DNA of 38,947 nt from Thermodesulfobacteriota bacterium (GCA_039715015.1 JBDLIE010000025.1:1-38947); one strand, 5' to 3'. Counted from the stretch's first letter, positions 19,606-30,370 are shown. Translations and numbers: made by a program. The notes: generated from the sequence alone by a model not told the origin.

Positions 19606-19748
19606 GAATGTTCCTTTGCCAAAGAGATTTCGACCATGCGTCTTCAAGCGCTCGTAGCATTCAAAATCTTTTTGGTATGTTTCCGGCGCCATCACAGCCT
19701 TATTAAGGCCTGGGATACCGCCATCCGTTTGATAACGGCCGCCACAGC

Positions 19749-20687
19749 TTACTTAGGATGGGGCGGCTGGTAATAGGTTTTGCCTTGGTGGAGCATTTTC
19801 AAGACCTCACCCTGGTCAGCAAGCTCTTCCATGAGCCTGTTTGTTTGAGCAGGTTCCAGGTTGAGGGCCTCACTGATGTCTGAAGCGGTGCAGGGGCGGC
19901 GTTGAAGCATCTCTAGAATCTCACCCGGTTCGGGTGGGCGCCATGAGTCGTGCTTCCGTTTGGCAAAACTGGCAATAATCTCCACGTTTCCGGGCAGTTG
20001 CTCGGCAATGTGGCTTAATTCTTCCTGTGTCAGTGGTTTGGCAAAATCCTCCAGGGGAGGCCGGACCACGGTATTTAATTGGACCCGTTCCGGGTTAATG
20101 CGCATAATGGCCTTTTTTAAGGCCTCAATGTCGCTGGGCTGGTCATTAATATTCTTGGCCAGCATGACTTCAAGCCATACCTGGCCGGAAAATTCTTGGC
20201 AAAAAAGGGCAATGCCTTCAATCATCTCCTCTAAATCCACACACTGGGCTGGTCTGTCAATTTTACGAAAGCTTTGTGCCCGGGCCGAATCCAGCGAGGG
20301 GATGACGATGTCAGCGGCCTGTAATTCCTGGCGAACATCCGCAAGGTGCATCATAGCGCCGTTGGTCAGGATGGCAACGGGTTTACCCGTTTTTTCCTTG
20401 ATATGGCGGATGATTTCGCCCAGTCCGCTATGCAGGGTGGGCTCACCCATGGCAGTGATGGTGAAAACATCAATGGGTTTAGCTAGGTCGTCGTGGGCCA
20501 GTAACTCGTCAATCTCTGCCAGGATCTCTGCTGTTGGCGTATACTCCTTGCGTTCGCAGGTATGAATGAACGTGCCGCCTACCTCGCAATAAATGCAGTC
20601 AAAATTGCAGGTTTTGGTGGTGAGAAGATCAATACCCTGGGATAGACCGAGCCGCCGGGAATTAACCGGACCAAAGAGATATTTCAT
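19749..20687 (-). CDS. Radical SAM protein (COG0731-like) with C-terminal HTH-like segment
   Basis: FGPVNSRRLGLS, CNFDCIYC, GEPTL, LTNG, SLDS; C-terminus RRPCTASDISEALNL. Confidence 0.9.
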   Translation of the reverse strand: MKYLFGPVNSRRLGLSQGIDLLTTKTCNFDCIYCEVGGTFIHTCERKEYTPTAEILAEIDELLAHDDLAKPIDVFTITAMGEPTLHSGLGEIIRHIKEKTGKPVAILTNGAMMHLADVRQELQAADIVIPSLDSARAQSFRKIDRPAQCVDLEEMIEGIALFCQEFSGQVWLEVMLAKNINDQPSDIEALKKAIMRINPERVQLNTVVRPPLEDFAKPLTQEELSHIAEQLPGNVEIIASFAKRKHDSWRPPEPGEILEMLQRRPCTASDISEALNLEPAQTNRLMEELADQGEVLKMLHQGKTYYQPPHPK

Positions 20688-20841
20688 AGGTGTGGAAGTA
20701 CGGGCTGGCAGGAGGGTAAATGCCCATTTTTATAATCGATGATCATCCGATTTAAAATAATTAGGATGAATCTATAACAAATTTGACGTTCAGGCAAGTA
20801 AAAACCTCGTTTTGTCAGTAAGAAAGGAAGGGAACTTTTCC

Positions 20842-20870
20842 TTGACACCCACGGTGCCAGAGCGTAAATT
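20842..20870 (+). promoter_or_regulatory. Putative sigma-70 promoter for ilvD
   Basis: TTGACA-17 nt-TAAATT. Confidence 0.5.
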
Positions 20871-20900
20871 TTGTCCTTCCCGCCCGGCATGCAGCCCACT

Positions 20901-20916
20901 TGCAGCAGAAGTGCCA
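20901..20916 (-). promoter_or_regulatory. Putative sigma-54 -24/-12 element facing the radical SAM-rne genes
   Basis: Minus strand TGGCAC-TTCTG-CTGCA versus consensus TGGCAC-N5-TTGCW. Confidence 0.35.
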
Positions 20917-21047
20917 GATTCCGTTTTTTCGGTGGATATCGTTGAAGGTGGTTTTGCTTGGTATATCGTTGTTTTTATGGGTGGTCCGGCAATTTTGTTA
21001 CAATGATAAAATATATCAAATAATTACAACAATATAAAGGAATGAAC

Positions 21048-22715
21048 ATGCGCAGTGATATCGTTACCAAAGGGTTGGAAAGAGCACCCCATCGCTCTTT
21101 GTTTAAAGCCATGGGCTATACCAATGAAGAGCTAAGCCGGCCCCTGATCGGTGTCTGTCATGCCCATAATGAAATTATTCCCGGCCATGTTCATCTTGAT
21201 AAAATTGTTGAGGCGGTGAAGACCGGAGTGCGGATGGCCGGCGGCACACCCGCCTCTTTTGCCACCATCGCTGTCTGCGACGGTATTGCCATGGGCCATT
21301 CCGGCATGAAATATTCCCTGGCCAGCCGCGAGATCATTGCCGACTCTGCGGAGATTGTCGGCCGGGCCCATCCCTTTGACGCCATGGTCTTTATCCCCAA
21401 CTGCGACAAGGTCGTGCCGGGTATGCTCATGGCCATGCTGCGTCTCAATATTCCGGCTATCATGGTCAGCGGCGGTCCCATGCTCACCGGCCGTCATCGC
21501 GGCAAAGATGTCCATCTTGTTTCTGTTTTTGAGGGTGTTGGCAAGGTCAAGGCCAAGACCATGAGTATGGAGGAACTTGCTGAGCTTGAGGATGACGCCT
21601 GTCCTGGCTGCGGCTCCTGCGCTGGAATGTTTACTGCCAACTCCATGAATTGCCTCACCGAAGCCATTGGCCTGGGACTGCCCGGAAACGGCACCATCCC
21701 GGCGGTTTATGCTGCCCGGACCCGTCTGGCTAAGCACGCCGGCATGGCAGTCATGAATCTTTTCCATGAAGATATCCGGCCCCGTGATATCGCCACCCGG
21801 AAGGCCTTTGAGAATGCCATGGCAGTGGATATGGCCCTGGGCTGTTCCACTAATACGGTTCTTCATGTGCCGGCCATTGCCAAAGAGGCGGGAGTGGACC
21901 TTCCCCTGGACTCATTTAATAAGGTGTCGAAAAGGGTACCCCATATCTGCAGTCTGATTCCCGGTGGACCCCACTCCATGGAGCAGCTCTATGAGGCGGG
22001 CGGCGTCCAGGCCGTGATGAGTGAGCTTCTTGAGAGCAAGGATGGTCTGCATCAGGACGTTATGACCGTCACCAGCCAGACCCTCGGTGTCAATCTGAAA
22101 AAGGCCCAGGTCAAGGATCGCGGGGTGATCCGCACCGTGGCTGAGCCGTATCATAAGGTGGGCGGCATTGCCGTCCTCTATGGCAACCTGGCACCCCAGG
22201 GCGCTGTGGTCAAGCAATCTGCCGTGGCTGACGAAATGCTCAAGCACACTGGTCCGGCCCGGCTCTATAACTCTGAGGAGGAGGCCCAAAAGGCCATCCT
22301 TGGTGGTGAGATTAATGCCGGTGATGTGGTAATTATCCGTTATTGCGGCCCCAAGGGAGGGCCTGGTATGCCGGAGATGCTTTCCCCCACCTCGGCCATC
22401 ATCGGCATGGGCCTCGGCAAGAGCGTGGCGCTCATCACCGATGGTCGTTTCAGTGGCGGTACCCAGGGCGCCTGTATCGGCCATGTCTCGCCAGAGGCAG
22501 CCGAGGGCGGCCCCATTGCCTTTATTGAAGAGGGTGATACCGTGGTGGTTGATATCCCTAACAACGTTTTAAGTATTGAGGTGGATGATGACGAGCTTGC
22601 CAGGCGCAAGAAGGGCTGGCAACCACCTGAGCCAAAGATTACCACCGGCTATGCGGCCCGTTATGCCCGCATGGTGACCTCCGGAGCCACCGGCGCGGTC
22701 TTAAAAGACGAATAA
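21048..22715 (+). CDS. ilvD: Dihydroxy-acid dehydratase
   Basis: [63 protein letters not shown] 21048 fits the AAGGA SD; 21042 is the alternative. Confidence 0.97.
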   Translation: MRSDIVTKGLERAPHRSLFKAMGYTNEELSRPLIGVCHAHNEIIPGHVHLDKIVEAVKTGVRMAGGTPASFATIAVCDGIAMGHSGMKYSLASREIIADSAEIVGRAHPFDAMVFIPNCDKVVPGMLMAMLRLNIPAIMVSGGPMLTGRHRGKDVHLVSVFEGVGKVKAKTMSMEELAELEDDACPGCGSCAGMFTANSMNCLTEAIGLGLPGNGTIPAVYAARTRLAKHAGMAVMNLFHEDIRPRDIATRKAFENAMAVDMALGCSTNTVLHVPAIAKEAGVDLPLDSFNKVSKRVPHICSLIPGGPHSMEQLYEAGGVQAVMSELLESKDGLHQDVMTVTSQTLGVNLKKAQVKDRGVIRTVAEPYHKVGGIAVLYGNLAPQGAVVKQSAVADEMLKHTGPARLYNSEEEAQKAILGGEINAGDVVIIRYCGPKGGPGMPEMLSPTSAIIGMGLGKSVALITDGRFSGGTQGACIGHVSPEAAEGGPIAFIEEGDTVVVDIPNNVLSIEVDDDELARRKKGWQPPEPKITTGYAARYARMVTSGATGAVLKDE

Positions 22716-22721
22716 TTTTCC

Positions 22722-22747
22722 AAGGGGGCGTTCACGCCCCCTTTTTT
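22722..22747 (+). terminator. Intrinsic terminator after ilvD
   Basis: AAGGGGGCG TTCA CGCCCCC TTTTTT. Confidence 0.85.
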
Positions 22748-22790
22748 ATACCCTCATTCTTTGCTCTTCCTCATAAGTAAACGGATAAAC

Positions 22791-25064
22791 GTGGCAAGTA
22801 TCGTATCTATAAGAAATTTTTTGGCCTCCCTGGCGACTTTTCTCCTTGTTTTCCTTTGCTCGCCGGCAAATGGCAGTGATCTTCTCAATCAACCGTGGAA
22901 GGTGGAGGCGGACAAGATCAGCCGTGGTGAAAAGGAGCAGGAGGTCATTGCCGAGGGCAATGTTGTGCTTGAACGCACCGGTAACCCTGATAAGCCGATG
23001 ACCATCCAGGCTGACTGGGTCCGCCATGACGCTGAGTTGGGCGTGGTTGAGGCCCGGGGCCATGTTAAGCTGCGCTCAAAGACGGAAAGCGCTGACGCTG
23101 AGGCGGCCACCATCTACCTGGGTGATGAAACCGCCCAGCTGATTAACAGTAAGGTCTTCTTTCAGGACACAAATATCCATTTTTCCAGTAAAGAGGCCCG
23201 TAAAGATGGTGAGATGGTCTATTTTTTCCGGGATGGTGTCTTCACCACCTGTGACTTTGATGATGAGCGGCGCCCGGTGTGGAGTCTGAGCCTGAAAGAG
23301 GCCGATATAGACGTGGATGGTTTCATCTTCATGAAGCATAGCTTGCTGCGCATCAAGGATGTTCCTGTTTTTTATCTGCCTTACATGGCCTTTCCCGGCC
23401 GCATGGAGAGGCAGTCCGGTTTCCTTGACCCGGAGGTGTCCGGGTCGGACCGGGGTGGTTCCGGATTTTTTGCGCCTTTTTTCATCGATCTTTCCCCCAG
23501 CTCAGATATCACCATCTATCCTGGCTATTTTGCCAGTCGTGGGCCGATGATCGGCGCTGAATTTCGCCACATCCACGATTATGAGTCGCGTTTTGCCATC
23601 CAGGCCACCTTTATTGACGACCGTCTCCAGGATGAGGTGGGTGATGATTATCAGGATGACGGCTATCTGCGCACCCGTTCTAACCGTTATTGGTTGCGGA
23701 GTAAGGGGGATCATGATTTCGGCAATGATTTTAAAGTATTGCTTGATGTGGATTTTGCCTCTGACCGTGATTATCTCATGGAGTTTGATGAAGGGGTCAC
23801 CGGCTTTGAGGACTCCCATAACGTCTTTCGCCACGATTTTGACCGCGGCCTGCAGGAGGCCTCTTTGGCCTGGCGGTCATCCAGCCTGCAGCTGGCAAAG
23901 CACTGGTCCCATGTCTATTTGGGCGGCGAAACCACCTATGTTGACGATCTCAACCCCAGCACCACGCCAAATACCACCTCGATTCATACCCTGCCCAAAG
24001 TCCTCACCATCGGCTCCCTGGCAATTCCAGCCACCGGCATTAACCTGAACTGGAATGCCGAATATATCAATTATTGGCGCGAGGAAGGGGTGGGTATGCA
24101 ACGGCTTGACCTCCATCCCCGGCTCACCACCCCCATCCCTCTAGGGCGTTGGCTTGAGGCCTCGGCAACTGGTGGTATGCGCCATACTGTCTATCAGGTG
24201 GAATCTTACGACAACGCCCTCTATGGCGGGGAAACCAGCCCCACCAGAATGGCTTGGGATGGCACCGTTGAGCTCGCCACAACCTTTCAGCGTGATTTTG
24301 ACTTAAGGGTGGGCTCTCTGCGCTGGTTCAATCACACTATCAAACCCCATACCTCCTACGCCTATATCGATCCAGACGATGACGAAGATCTTCTTCCCGA
24401 CTTTGACAGCAAGGATCGAATGGTGGCCCAGGGTGTGGTGGGATATGGTTTTGAAAACCATTTTCGCATCGGCGGCGTGGATGATAAAGGTCTGGCCAGT
24501 AACCGTTATTTCGGGTTATTCAAAGCCGAGCACACCTATGACCACCGTAAGGATATCGAGCCCTATGGCGATCTGCAACTCGAGCTGGATATCTATCCCC
24601 TCGAGAGGTTGCGAGTTAATTATTCCACTGATCTCAGCGTCTATGGCCGTGGTTTTGTTGAGTATGATTTGCTTACCCGTTACTCGAATCTGCGCGGCGA
24701 TTTTCTCTCAGTGGATTACCGCTATAAAAAGAATAACAGTGAGGTTATAAATGAAGATAACGGTATCCATGAGATCAACGGCAGTGCCCAGGTGCGTCTC
24801 ACGAAAAATATCTCTTTACAGGGCGATATAAAGAAATCCCTTTCCCTTGATAATATCGTGAGTCAGTCGGTTTCCCTTCTCTATCAGCCTGGTTGCTGGG
24901 GCATGCAGGTTAAAATTTCTGAAAGCGGAGATGATAGAAGGGTGTCTGTTCTTCTCTCCCTGGTTGCCCTAGGCCAGGTCCTTGGCATCGGCTATGAGGA
25001 AAATTTGGGCGGTGACTTTGAATTTGCCACCACCACTGACCCCCTGGAGCATGAGAGTTTCTAG
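22791..25064 (+). CDS. lptD: LPS-assembly outer membrane protein LptD
   Basis: Signal peptide; OstA-like VEADKI..AEGNV; FTTC...W; VPVFYLPY..FP..RQSGFL; C-terminal YQPGCW. Start uncertain (GTG 22791). Confidence 0.9.
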   Translation: MASIVSIRNFLASLATFLLVFLCSPANGSDLLNQPWKVEADKISRGEKEQEVIAEGNVVLERTGNPDKPMTIQADWVRHDAELGVVEARGHVKLRSKTESADAEAATIYLGDETAQLINSKVFFQDTNIHFSSKEARKDGEMVYFFRDGVFTTCDFDDERRPVWSLSLKEADIDVDGFIFMKHSLLRIKDVPVFYLPYMAFPGRMERQSGFLDPEVSGSDRGGSGFFAPFFIDLSPSSDITIYPGYFASRGPMIGAEFRHIHDYESRFAIQATFIDDRLQDEVGDDYQDDGYLRTRSNRYWLRSKGDHDFGNDFKVLLDVDFASDRDYLMEFDEGVTGFEDSHNVFRHDFDRGLQEASLAWRSSSLQLAKHWSHVYLGGETTYVDDLNPSTTPNTTSIHTLPKVLTIGSLAIPATGINLNWNAEYINYWREEGVGMQRLDLHPRLTTPIPLGRWLEASATGGMRHTVYQVESYDNALYGGETSPTRMAWDGTVELATTFQRDFDLRVGSLRWFNHTIKPHTSYAYIDPDDDEDLLPDFDSKDRMVAQGVVGYGFENHFRIGGVDDKGLASNRYFGLFKAEHTYDHRKDIEPYGDLQLELDIYPLERLRVNYSTDLSVYGRGFVEYDLLTRYSNLRGDFLSVDYRYKKNNSEVINEDNGIHEINGSAQVRLTKNISLQGDIKKSLSLDNIVSQSVSLLYQPGCWGMQVKISESGDDRRVSVLLSLVALGQVLGIGYEENLGGDFEFATTTDPLEHESF

Positions 25065-25113
25065 GCCCCAGAAGGCCTATCAGCCCACCATTTTTTTATA
25101 AGAAAACAAAATT

Positions 25114-26079
25114 ATGGATATAGATATTTTCAACGGTGATGCCGACGGTATTGCCGCTCTTCACCAGCTTCGCCTGGCCGACCCTCGCCAAGCCGTGCTG
25201 GTCTCCGGTGTGAAAAGGGACATCAGGTTGCTGGATAAGGTAGTGGCCATGGCTGATCATCCGGGTGCCCGTCTCACGGTCCTCGACATTTCCATGGCCA
25301 CCAATAGCGAACCCCTTGTCACTCTGCTAGAGGAGGGGTGCCAGATTTTCTATGCCGATCACCACCATCCCGGCGATATCCCCGATCACAGCGGCCTCGA
25401 GAGTCATATTGATCCGGATCCCGAAATTTGTACGGGCCTGATCATCAATCGCTTCCTGGGTGGCAGGTTTCCTGGCTGGGGGGTGGTTGCCGCCTTTGGC
25501 GATAATCTCCACGATTCAGCTGCATCTCTTGGCAGAGAAAGCCGGTTTTCTGAAAAAGAGATGGCGGTTCTCCGCGAACTGGGTGAACTCCTGAACTATA
25601 ACGGCTACGGGAAGGAGGTGGCGGATCTTCATTTTGATCCGGTCAAACTTTTTCAGGCAGTACAACCCTACCAGGATCCGTTGCAGTTCTATGCTGAAAG
25701 TGATGCCCTTGCCACACTGCGCCAAGGATTTCATGATGATATGGCCAAGGCCAGAGCCATGGACCCAGAGGCGGAAGAGGAGAGTGGCCGCCTCTATATT
25801 TTTCCTTGCCAACCCTGGGCCCGGCGTACGGCTGGGGTGTTTAGCAATGAACGGGCCAGAGAACAACCAGATAAGGGCCATGCCCTGTTGGTGGAAGATG
25901 GACAGGGCGGCTATGTGGTCAGTGTCCGCGCCCCCTTGGACCGCAAAAAAGGGGCGGTGGAACTCTGCAGGGCATTTGCCACCGGTGGTGGCCGGGCCGC
26001 TGCCGCAGGTATCAATCAGCTCCCTGCAGCCCTGGTTAAAGAGTTTATGGCCGCTTTTTTTGCTGCCTTCAAAGGCTAG
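25114..26079 (+). CDS. DHH family phosphoesterase
   Basis: FNGDADG, VLDIS, DHH, and C-terminal VSVRAP...GGGRAAAAGIN. Confidence 0.85.
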   Translation: MDIDIFNGDADGIAALHQLRLADPRQAVLVSGVKRDIRLLDKVVAMADHPGARLTVLDISMATNSEPLVTLLEEGCQIFYADHHHPGDIPDHSGLESHIDPDPEICTGLIINRFLGGRFPGWGVVAAFGDNLHDSAASLGRESRFSEKEMAVLRELGELLNYNGYGKEVADLHFDPVKLFQAVQPYQDPLQFYAESDALATLRQGFHDDMAKARAMDPEAEEESGRLYIFPCQPWARRTAGVFSNERAREQPDKGHALLVEDGQGGYVVSVRAPLDRKKGAVELCRAFATGGGRAAAAGINQLPAALVKEFMAAFFAAFKG

Positions 26080-26268
26080 CTGGGCATTCAAGGCCTCTCT
26101 GCCAGGCCAACAATGGGCAGAAAGGCCATAAATGCAGTTTTTTGTAAAAAAACTTTGTGTCCTCCCTGTCTCTATGGTCTTCTTTGTATGCAAAACTCCG
26201 ATTAATATCTATGGCCCAGGTTCGTTTCCCTCAGATTCATTCATCAGTTTAAGGATACAAGCTCTCTT

Positions 26269-27312
26269 ATGGAATTAAGAAAACAATATCTCGCTCTTTT
26301 TTTTGTCGCCCTCTTTACCCTCCTTCCTGCCTCACTGTTTGCCGGCCCTGATAAACCCAAGGCCGCTGATCTTGTTAAAGACGGCCAGGCCATTGATCTT
26401 ACCAGTAAAAGATATAAGGACCTTTTTAGTGAGCTGCGCAACAAACATCACTTCAGCCAGAAGGAGCTTGATTCGATTTTCAGCGGCCTGACTATCAAGA
26501 GAAGGGTGCTGGTGCTGATGGACTCCCAATGGGAGGCCAAGCCCTATTATCAGTACCATCCTCGCTTTATTACTCCGGCGGTGATCAAGGAGGGCAAGAA
26601 GAAACTCAAAGAGCACCAGGCGATTCTTGACCGGGTGGAAAAAGAGCTTGGGGTTGACCGGGAGGTTGTTGTCGCCATCTGGGCCATTGAAACACGATTT
26701 GGTAAGCATAAGGGCGGTTTTGATATGTTGCAGACCCTGAACACCATGTTTGATGCCTACCCGCGCCGAGCTTCATTTTATCGCAAACAGCTTGTTCATT
26801 TTCTTCTGCTCTGCCGGGAGAATAATGTTGATCCAAAATCGGTGCCTGGTTCTTATGGGGGGGCCTTTGGCCAGACCCAGTTTATCCCCTCGAGCTTCCG
26901 TGAATACGCAGTGGATTTTGACAATGATGGCCGTCGGGATGTTTGGGGTAGTATCGATGATATTCTGGCCTCCATTGCTAATTATCTCAAACGCTTCGGC
27001 TGGGTCCATGGGGCCCCTCTCTATGCTGAGATTGGCCCTGTGCTGAAGGGTGCTGATCTAAAGAAGGCTTATAAAAAAGGACGCAAGGGGCGTGTAGCAG
27101 TTGCCAGAGTCGAGGACGCCCAGGCCCTGAAGCTACCGGCCTCTCCGAAGAATAAGAAGCTTTCCATCATCGGCCTGGAGCTCAATAAGGAAGGAGGCAT
27201 GCGTTTTGTCGCCGGTTACCCAAACTTCCAGGCGATTACAGCCTGGAATCATTCCAACCGATATGCCATGGCTGTCAGTGAACTCAGTGAGTTTTTGGCT
27301 GGTGATAAATAA
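26269..27312 (+). CDS. mltB: Lytic murein transglycosylase, MltB/SLT_2 family
   Basis: Signal peptide; AIWAIETRFG, GSYGGAFGQTQFIPSS, EF-hand DFDNDGRRD, ASIANYL, WNHSNRYAMAV. Confidence 0.9.
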   Translation: MELRKQYLALFFVALFTLLPASLFAGPDKPKAADLVKDGQAIDLTSKRYKDLFSELRNKHHFSQKELDSIFSGLTIKRRVLVLMDSQWEAKPYYQYHPRFITPAVIKEGKKKLKEHQAILDRVEKELGVDREVVVAIWAIETRFGKHKGGFDMLQTLNTMFDAYPRRASFYRKQLVHFLLLCRENNVDPKSVPGSYGGAFGQTQFIPSSFREYAVDFDNDGRRDVWGSIDDILASIANYLKRFGWVHGAPLYAEIGPVLKGADLKKAYKKGRKGRVAVARVEDAQALKLPASPKNKKLSIIGLELNKEGGMRFVAGYPNFQAITAWNHSNRYAMAVSELSEFLAGDK

Positions 27313-27351
27313 GGTGTACATCCATGGCTTACAGCCATTCGGCGTGATCAG

Positions 27352-28911
27352 GTGCAATCCTACCGCCTGAAAATTAAAATTATTCTGGGCCTGGCAATCT
27401 TCATTGCCACCGGCATGCTGCTCATCGATGTGGTGGTCACCATGAGCAGCCAGAAGCGCCTGCTCTTGGTCGAGATGGACAAGGCAAAGGTGCTGGCCAC
27501 TGTCCTTGCCGACCGTATCGGCCGGCAGAAAGGTCTTTCACCGGAACTCTTTAGCCAACTCACCGCCCTGAGCCAAAAGGCCCGGATGGATTTGGCTGTT
27601 GCCGATGCCCAGGGCCAGATTCAGTTTCACTCCCGGCCGGAGGGCGGCGCCAGCCTTGATCTGGAGATGGTAGCACGCCGAGCGATCCTTTCCAGAGGGG
27701 TGGAAGGAGGAACGTCAGGGCGCAGCATCAGTCTTTTAGGGATGCGCTATGATTATCTGCTCACAGCCGCACCTGTCCGTTCTGAAAATGGTCAGCTGCT
27801 AGCAGGCGTTGGAGTGGCCCTTGATGTTGCTCCTCTCTATCAGGGTTTGTTTGTCAGCCAGCGTCTAATTATCCTCTATTTCTTCTTAAATCTTGTTGTT
27901 CTGACCTTCTTGGCTTACCAGCGTATGGTTAAGCTGCTGATCAAACCTCTGCAGCGTTTGGTCCAGCGGGCTGAGGAATATAAGGATGAGGAGGATTTTT
28001 ATTTTTTGAGCGGTAGAAAGGGTGATGATGTTGCCGCCCTCTCCACCTCCTTAAACAGTATGCTGCGGCGTATTAATAGGGACCGTGAAAAGCTGCAGGA
28101 TATGGTTGTGGCCCTGGAAGAGGCCAACCGTTCCCTGAAGGATGCCCAGCAGGAGGTGGTCAGGGCCGAGAAGCTGGCCTCTGTGGGGCGTCTTTCCGCA
28201 GGCATTGCCCACGAGATCGGTAATCCGGTGGGAATCGTCCTGGGTTATCTGGAATTGTTGAAACAGGAGAGCCTGGAACCAGCCGAACGCCTTGATTTCA
28301 TCAATCGGGCCATTGATGAGATCAGCAGGATCAACACCATTATCAGGCAGCTTCTTGACCTGGCCCGAACCGGAGTTGAGGAGCATGGTGAGGTGCCTGT
28401 TCATGATCTGCTGGCCGATCTCTGCAATGGCCTCAAGGATCAGCCCCTGCTTGCCACCATGGCTATCAAGCTTGATCTTGGCGCCCAGAATGATGTGGTC
28501 TATGCCGTTGCCGATAAGCTGCGCCAGGTCTTTTTGAACATTATTATGAACGCTGCCGATGCTGTCCAGAGCAAGGATGCGGAGCATGCCGGTGAGCTGG
28601 CCATTGTCACGGCCATTGTTACTGCTGAGCTTGAACCAGGGCAAAAGGATGTGCCGGCCCTGGAGATCTCTTTTGCCGATAATGGTCCTGGTATCGCCTC
28701 TGAAAATGTGGATACGATTTTTGACCCCTTCTTTACCACCAAGGAACCGGGCAAGGGCACTGGACTTGGCCTGTCGGTAAGTTATATGATAATTGAAAAT
28801 GCCAAGGGCCGGATTACGGCAGCCAGCCGTCCGGAGGGAGGAAGTGTTTTCACCGTCTTGCTCCCCTTGGCTCAGGCCCAGAAAAATAATCACCAGCAGT
28901 CAGAGAAATGA
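27352..28911 (+). CDS. Membrane sensor histidine kinase (HAMP-like linker, HisKA, HATPase; NtrB type)
   Basis: Two TM segments; [49 protein letters not shown]. Confidence 0.93.
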   Translation: MQSYRLKIKIILGLAIFIATGMLLIDVVVTMSSQKRLLLVEMDKAKVLATVLADRIGRQKGLSPELFSQLTALSQKARMDLAVADAQGQIQFHSRPEGGASLDLEMVARRAILSRGVEGGTSGRSISLLGMRYDYLLTAAPVRSENGQLLAGVGVALDVAPLYQGLFVSQRLIILYFFLNLVVLTFLAYQRMVKLLIKPLQRLVQRAEEYKDEEDFYFLSGRKGDDVAALSTSLNSMLRRINRDREKLQDMVVALEEANRSLKDAQQEVVRAEKLASVGRLSAGIAHEIGNPVGIVLGYLELLKQESLEPAERLDFINRAIDEISRINTIIRQLLDLARTGVEEHGEVPVHDLLADLCNGLKDQPLLATMAIKLDLGAQNDVVYAVADKLRQVFLNIIMNAADAVQSKDAEHAGELAIVTAIVTAELEPGQKDVPALEISFADNGPGIASENVDTIFDPFFTTKEPGKGTGLGLSVSYMIIENAKGRITAASRPEGGSVFTVLLPLAQAQKNNHQQSEK

Positions 28912-30290
28912 CAGAAAAAGTTAAAAAGAAAATTCTCATCCTCGATGATGAGCCCAATATGCGCCACATGCTTGCCGTGCTGGTGGAAAAGGAAGGGTAT
29001 CACGTCACCACCGGGGCCGACGGCCGTGAGGGCCTTGATCTGCTCCAGCACCACCAGTTTGAGTTTGTTCTCTGCGATGTCAAGATGCCCAATATGAGCG
29101 GCATGGAGTTTTTGCAGGCCTCAAGCGACTCACGTGGAGAGGCCACGGTAATTATGATGTCCGCCTTTGGCGCCATTGATACAGCCATCGAGGCCATGAA
29201 ATTGGGTGCCTATGATTTTATCTCCAAGCCTTTCAAAACAGATGAAGTCCTGCTCACCCTGAAAAAGGCAGAAGAACGGGAAAACCTGAAAAGGGAAAAT
29301 CGAAGCCTGAAGCTGCAGATCAGTCAGGTTAAGGATGAGTATCGTTTCGGTACCATGCTTGCCCACTCCAAGGGGATGCGCGACGTTTTTCGCCTGGCCG
29401 CCAAGGTGGCGCAATTTGACACCACAGTTCTTGTCAGCGGCGAATCAGGGACAGGCAAGGAACTTGTCGCCCGGGGTATTCATTTCTCCTCAGAGAGGGC
29501 TGATAGGCCGTTGGTTGTGGAAAATTGCGGTTGCGTGCCGGAGAATTTGCTTGAAAGCCTGTTCTTCGGCCACGTCAAAGGTGCTTTTACCGGTGCGGAT
29601 CATGACAAGAAGGGCCTCTTTGAGGAGGCAGATAACGGCACGATTTTTCTTGATGAGATCGGCGACCTGCCTCTGCAGCTGCAGGTCAAGCTTCTCCGGG
29701 TCCTCCAGGAAGGGGAGATCAGGCCAGTGGGCGCTTCCCAGGCCATAAACGTCGATGTTCGGGTGGTGGCGGCCACGGCCCGTGACTTAGCCCAGGAGGT
29801 GGAGGAGGGCCGCTTTCGGCAGGATCTTTATTACCGGCTGAATGTTCTGCCCATCACTCTGCCGCCTCTGCGTAAGCGTCCTGCTGATATTCCCCTGCTC
29901 TGCGATCATTTTATCGCCAAGTTCAAAGACAGAATGGGGGCGGTTGCCAGCCGCATCGATAAAAAGGCCATGAAAATGTTGTTGAAATATTCCTGGCCCG
30001 GCAATGTCCGGGAGCTGGAAAATACCATTGAGAGGGCCTTGGTTTTGGCAGATGGTGACACCCTGGTGGCGGAGAATTTTCCTATGCTCAATGAAGGACC
30101 CATCCCCTGTGGAGGAGCAACTCTTTTTGACGGCTATTCTTTGAAGGAGGCCAAAAAAGTCTGGGAGAAAAACCTCATTGACAAGACTCTGGCCGAGTGC
30201 AAGGGGAATCGCTCCCGGGCCGCAGAAATGCTTGAGATAAGCTACCCTTCCTTGCTAAACAAGATTAAGGAATATGGAGTGGAGGTTTAG
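28908..30290 (+). CDS. Sigma-54-dependent response regulator (NtrC/AtoC family)
   Basis: REC domain, GESGTGKE, GAFTGA, FLDEIG, FRQDLYYRL, WPGNVREL, Fis-type HTH. ATGA overlap with the kinase. Confidence 0.96.
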   Translation: MTEKVKKKILILDDEPNMRHMLAVLVEKEGYHVTTGADGREGLDLLQHHQFEFVLCDVKMPNMSGMEFLQASSDSRGEATVIMMSAFGAIDTAIEAMKLGAYDFISKPFKTDEVLLTLKKAEERENLKRENRSLKLQISQVKDEYRFGTMLAHSKGMRDVFRLAAKVAQFDTTVLVSGESGTGKELVARGIHFSSERADRPLVVENCGCVPENLLESLFFGHVKGAFTGADHDKKGLFEEADNGTIFLDEIGDLPLQLQVKLLRVLQEGEIRPVGASQAINVDVRVVAATARDLAQEVEEGRFRQDLYYRLNVLPITLPPLRKRPADIPLLCDHFIAKFKDRMGAVASRIDKKAMKMLLKYSWPGNVRELENTIERALVLADGDTLVAENFPMLNEGPIPCGGATLFDGYSLKEAKKVWEKNLIDKTLAECKGNRSRAAEMLEISYPSLLNKIKEYGVEV

Positions 30291-30370
30291 CAGGCGGTTA
30301 AAAAGAAATTGCACGTACTGTGTTTTTTAACATTCTGTGAAACGTAATTTTGTGGCTTGCAGGGAGAAGG

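Noticed and set aside
20932..21006. Possible Ile/Leu/Val attenuator leader peptide before ilvD (VDIVEGGFAWYIVVFMGGPAILLQ)
   Set aside because: No clear SD and no terminator/antiterminator hairpin between it and ilvD.
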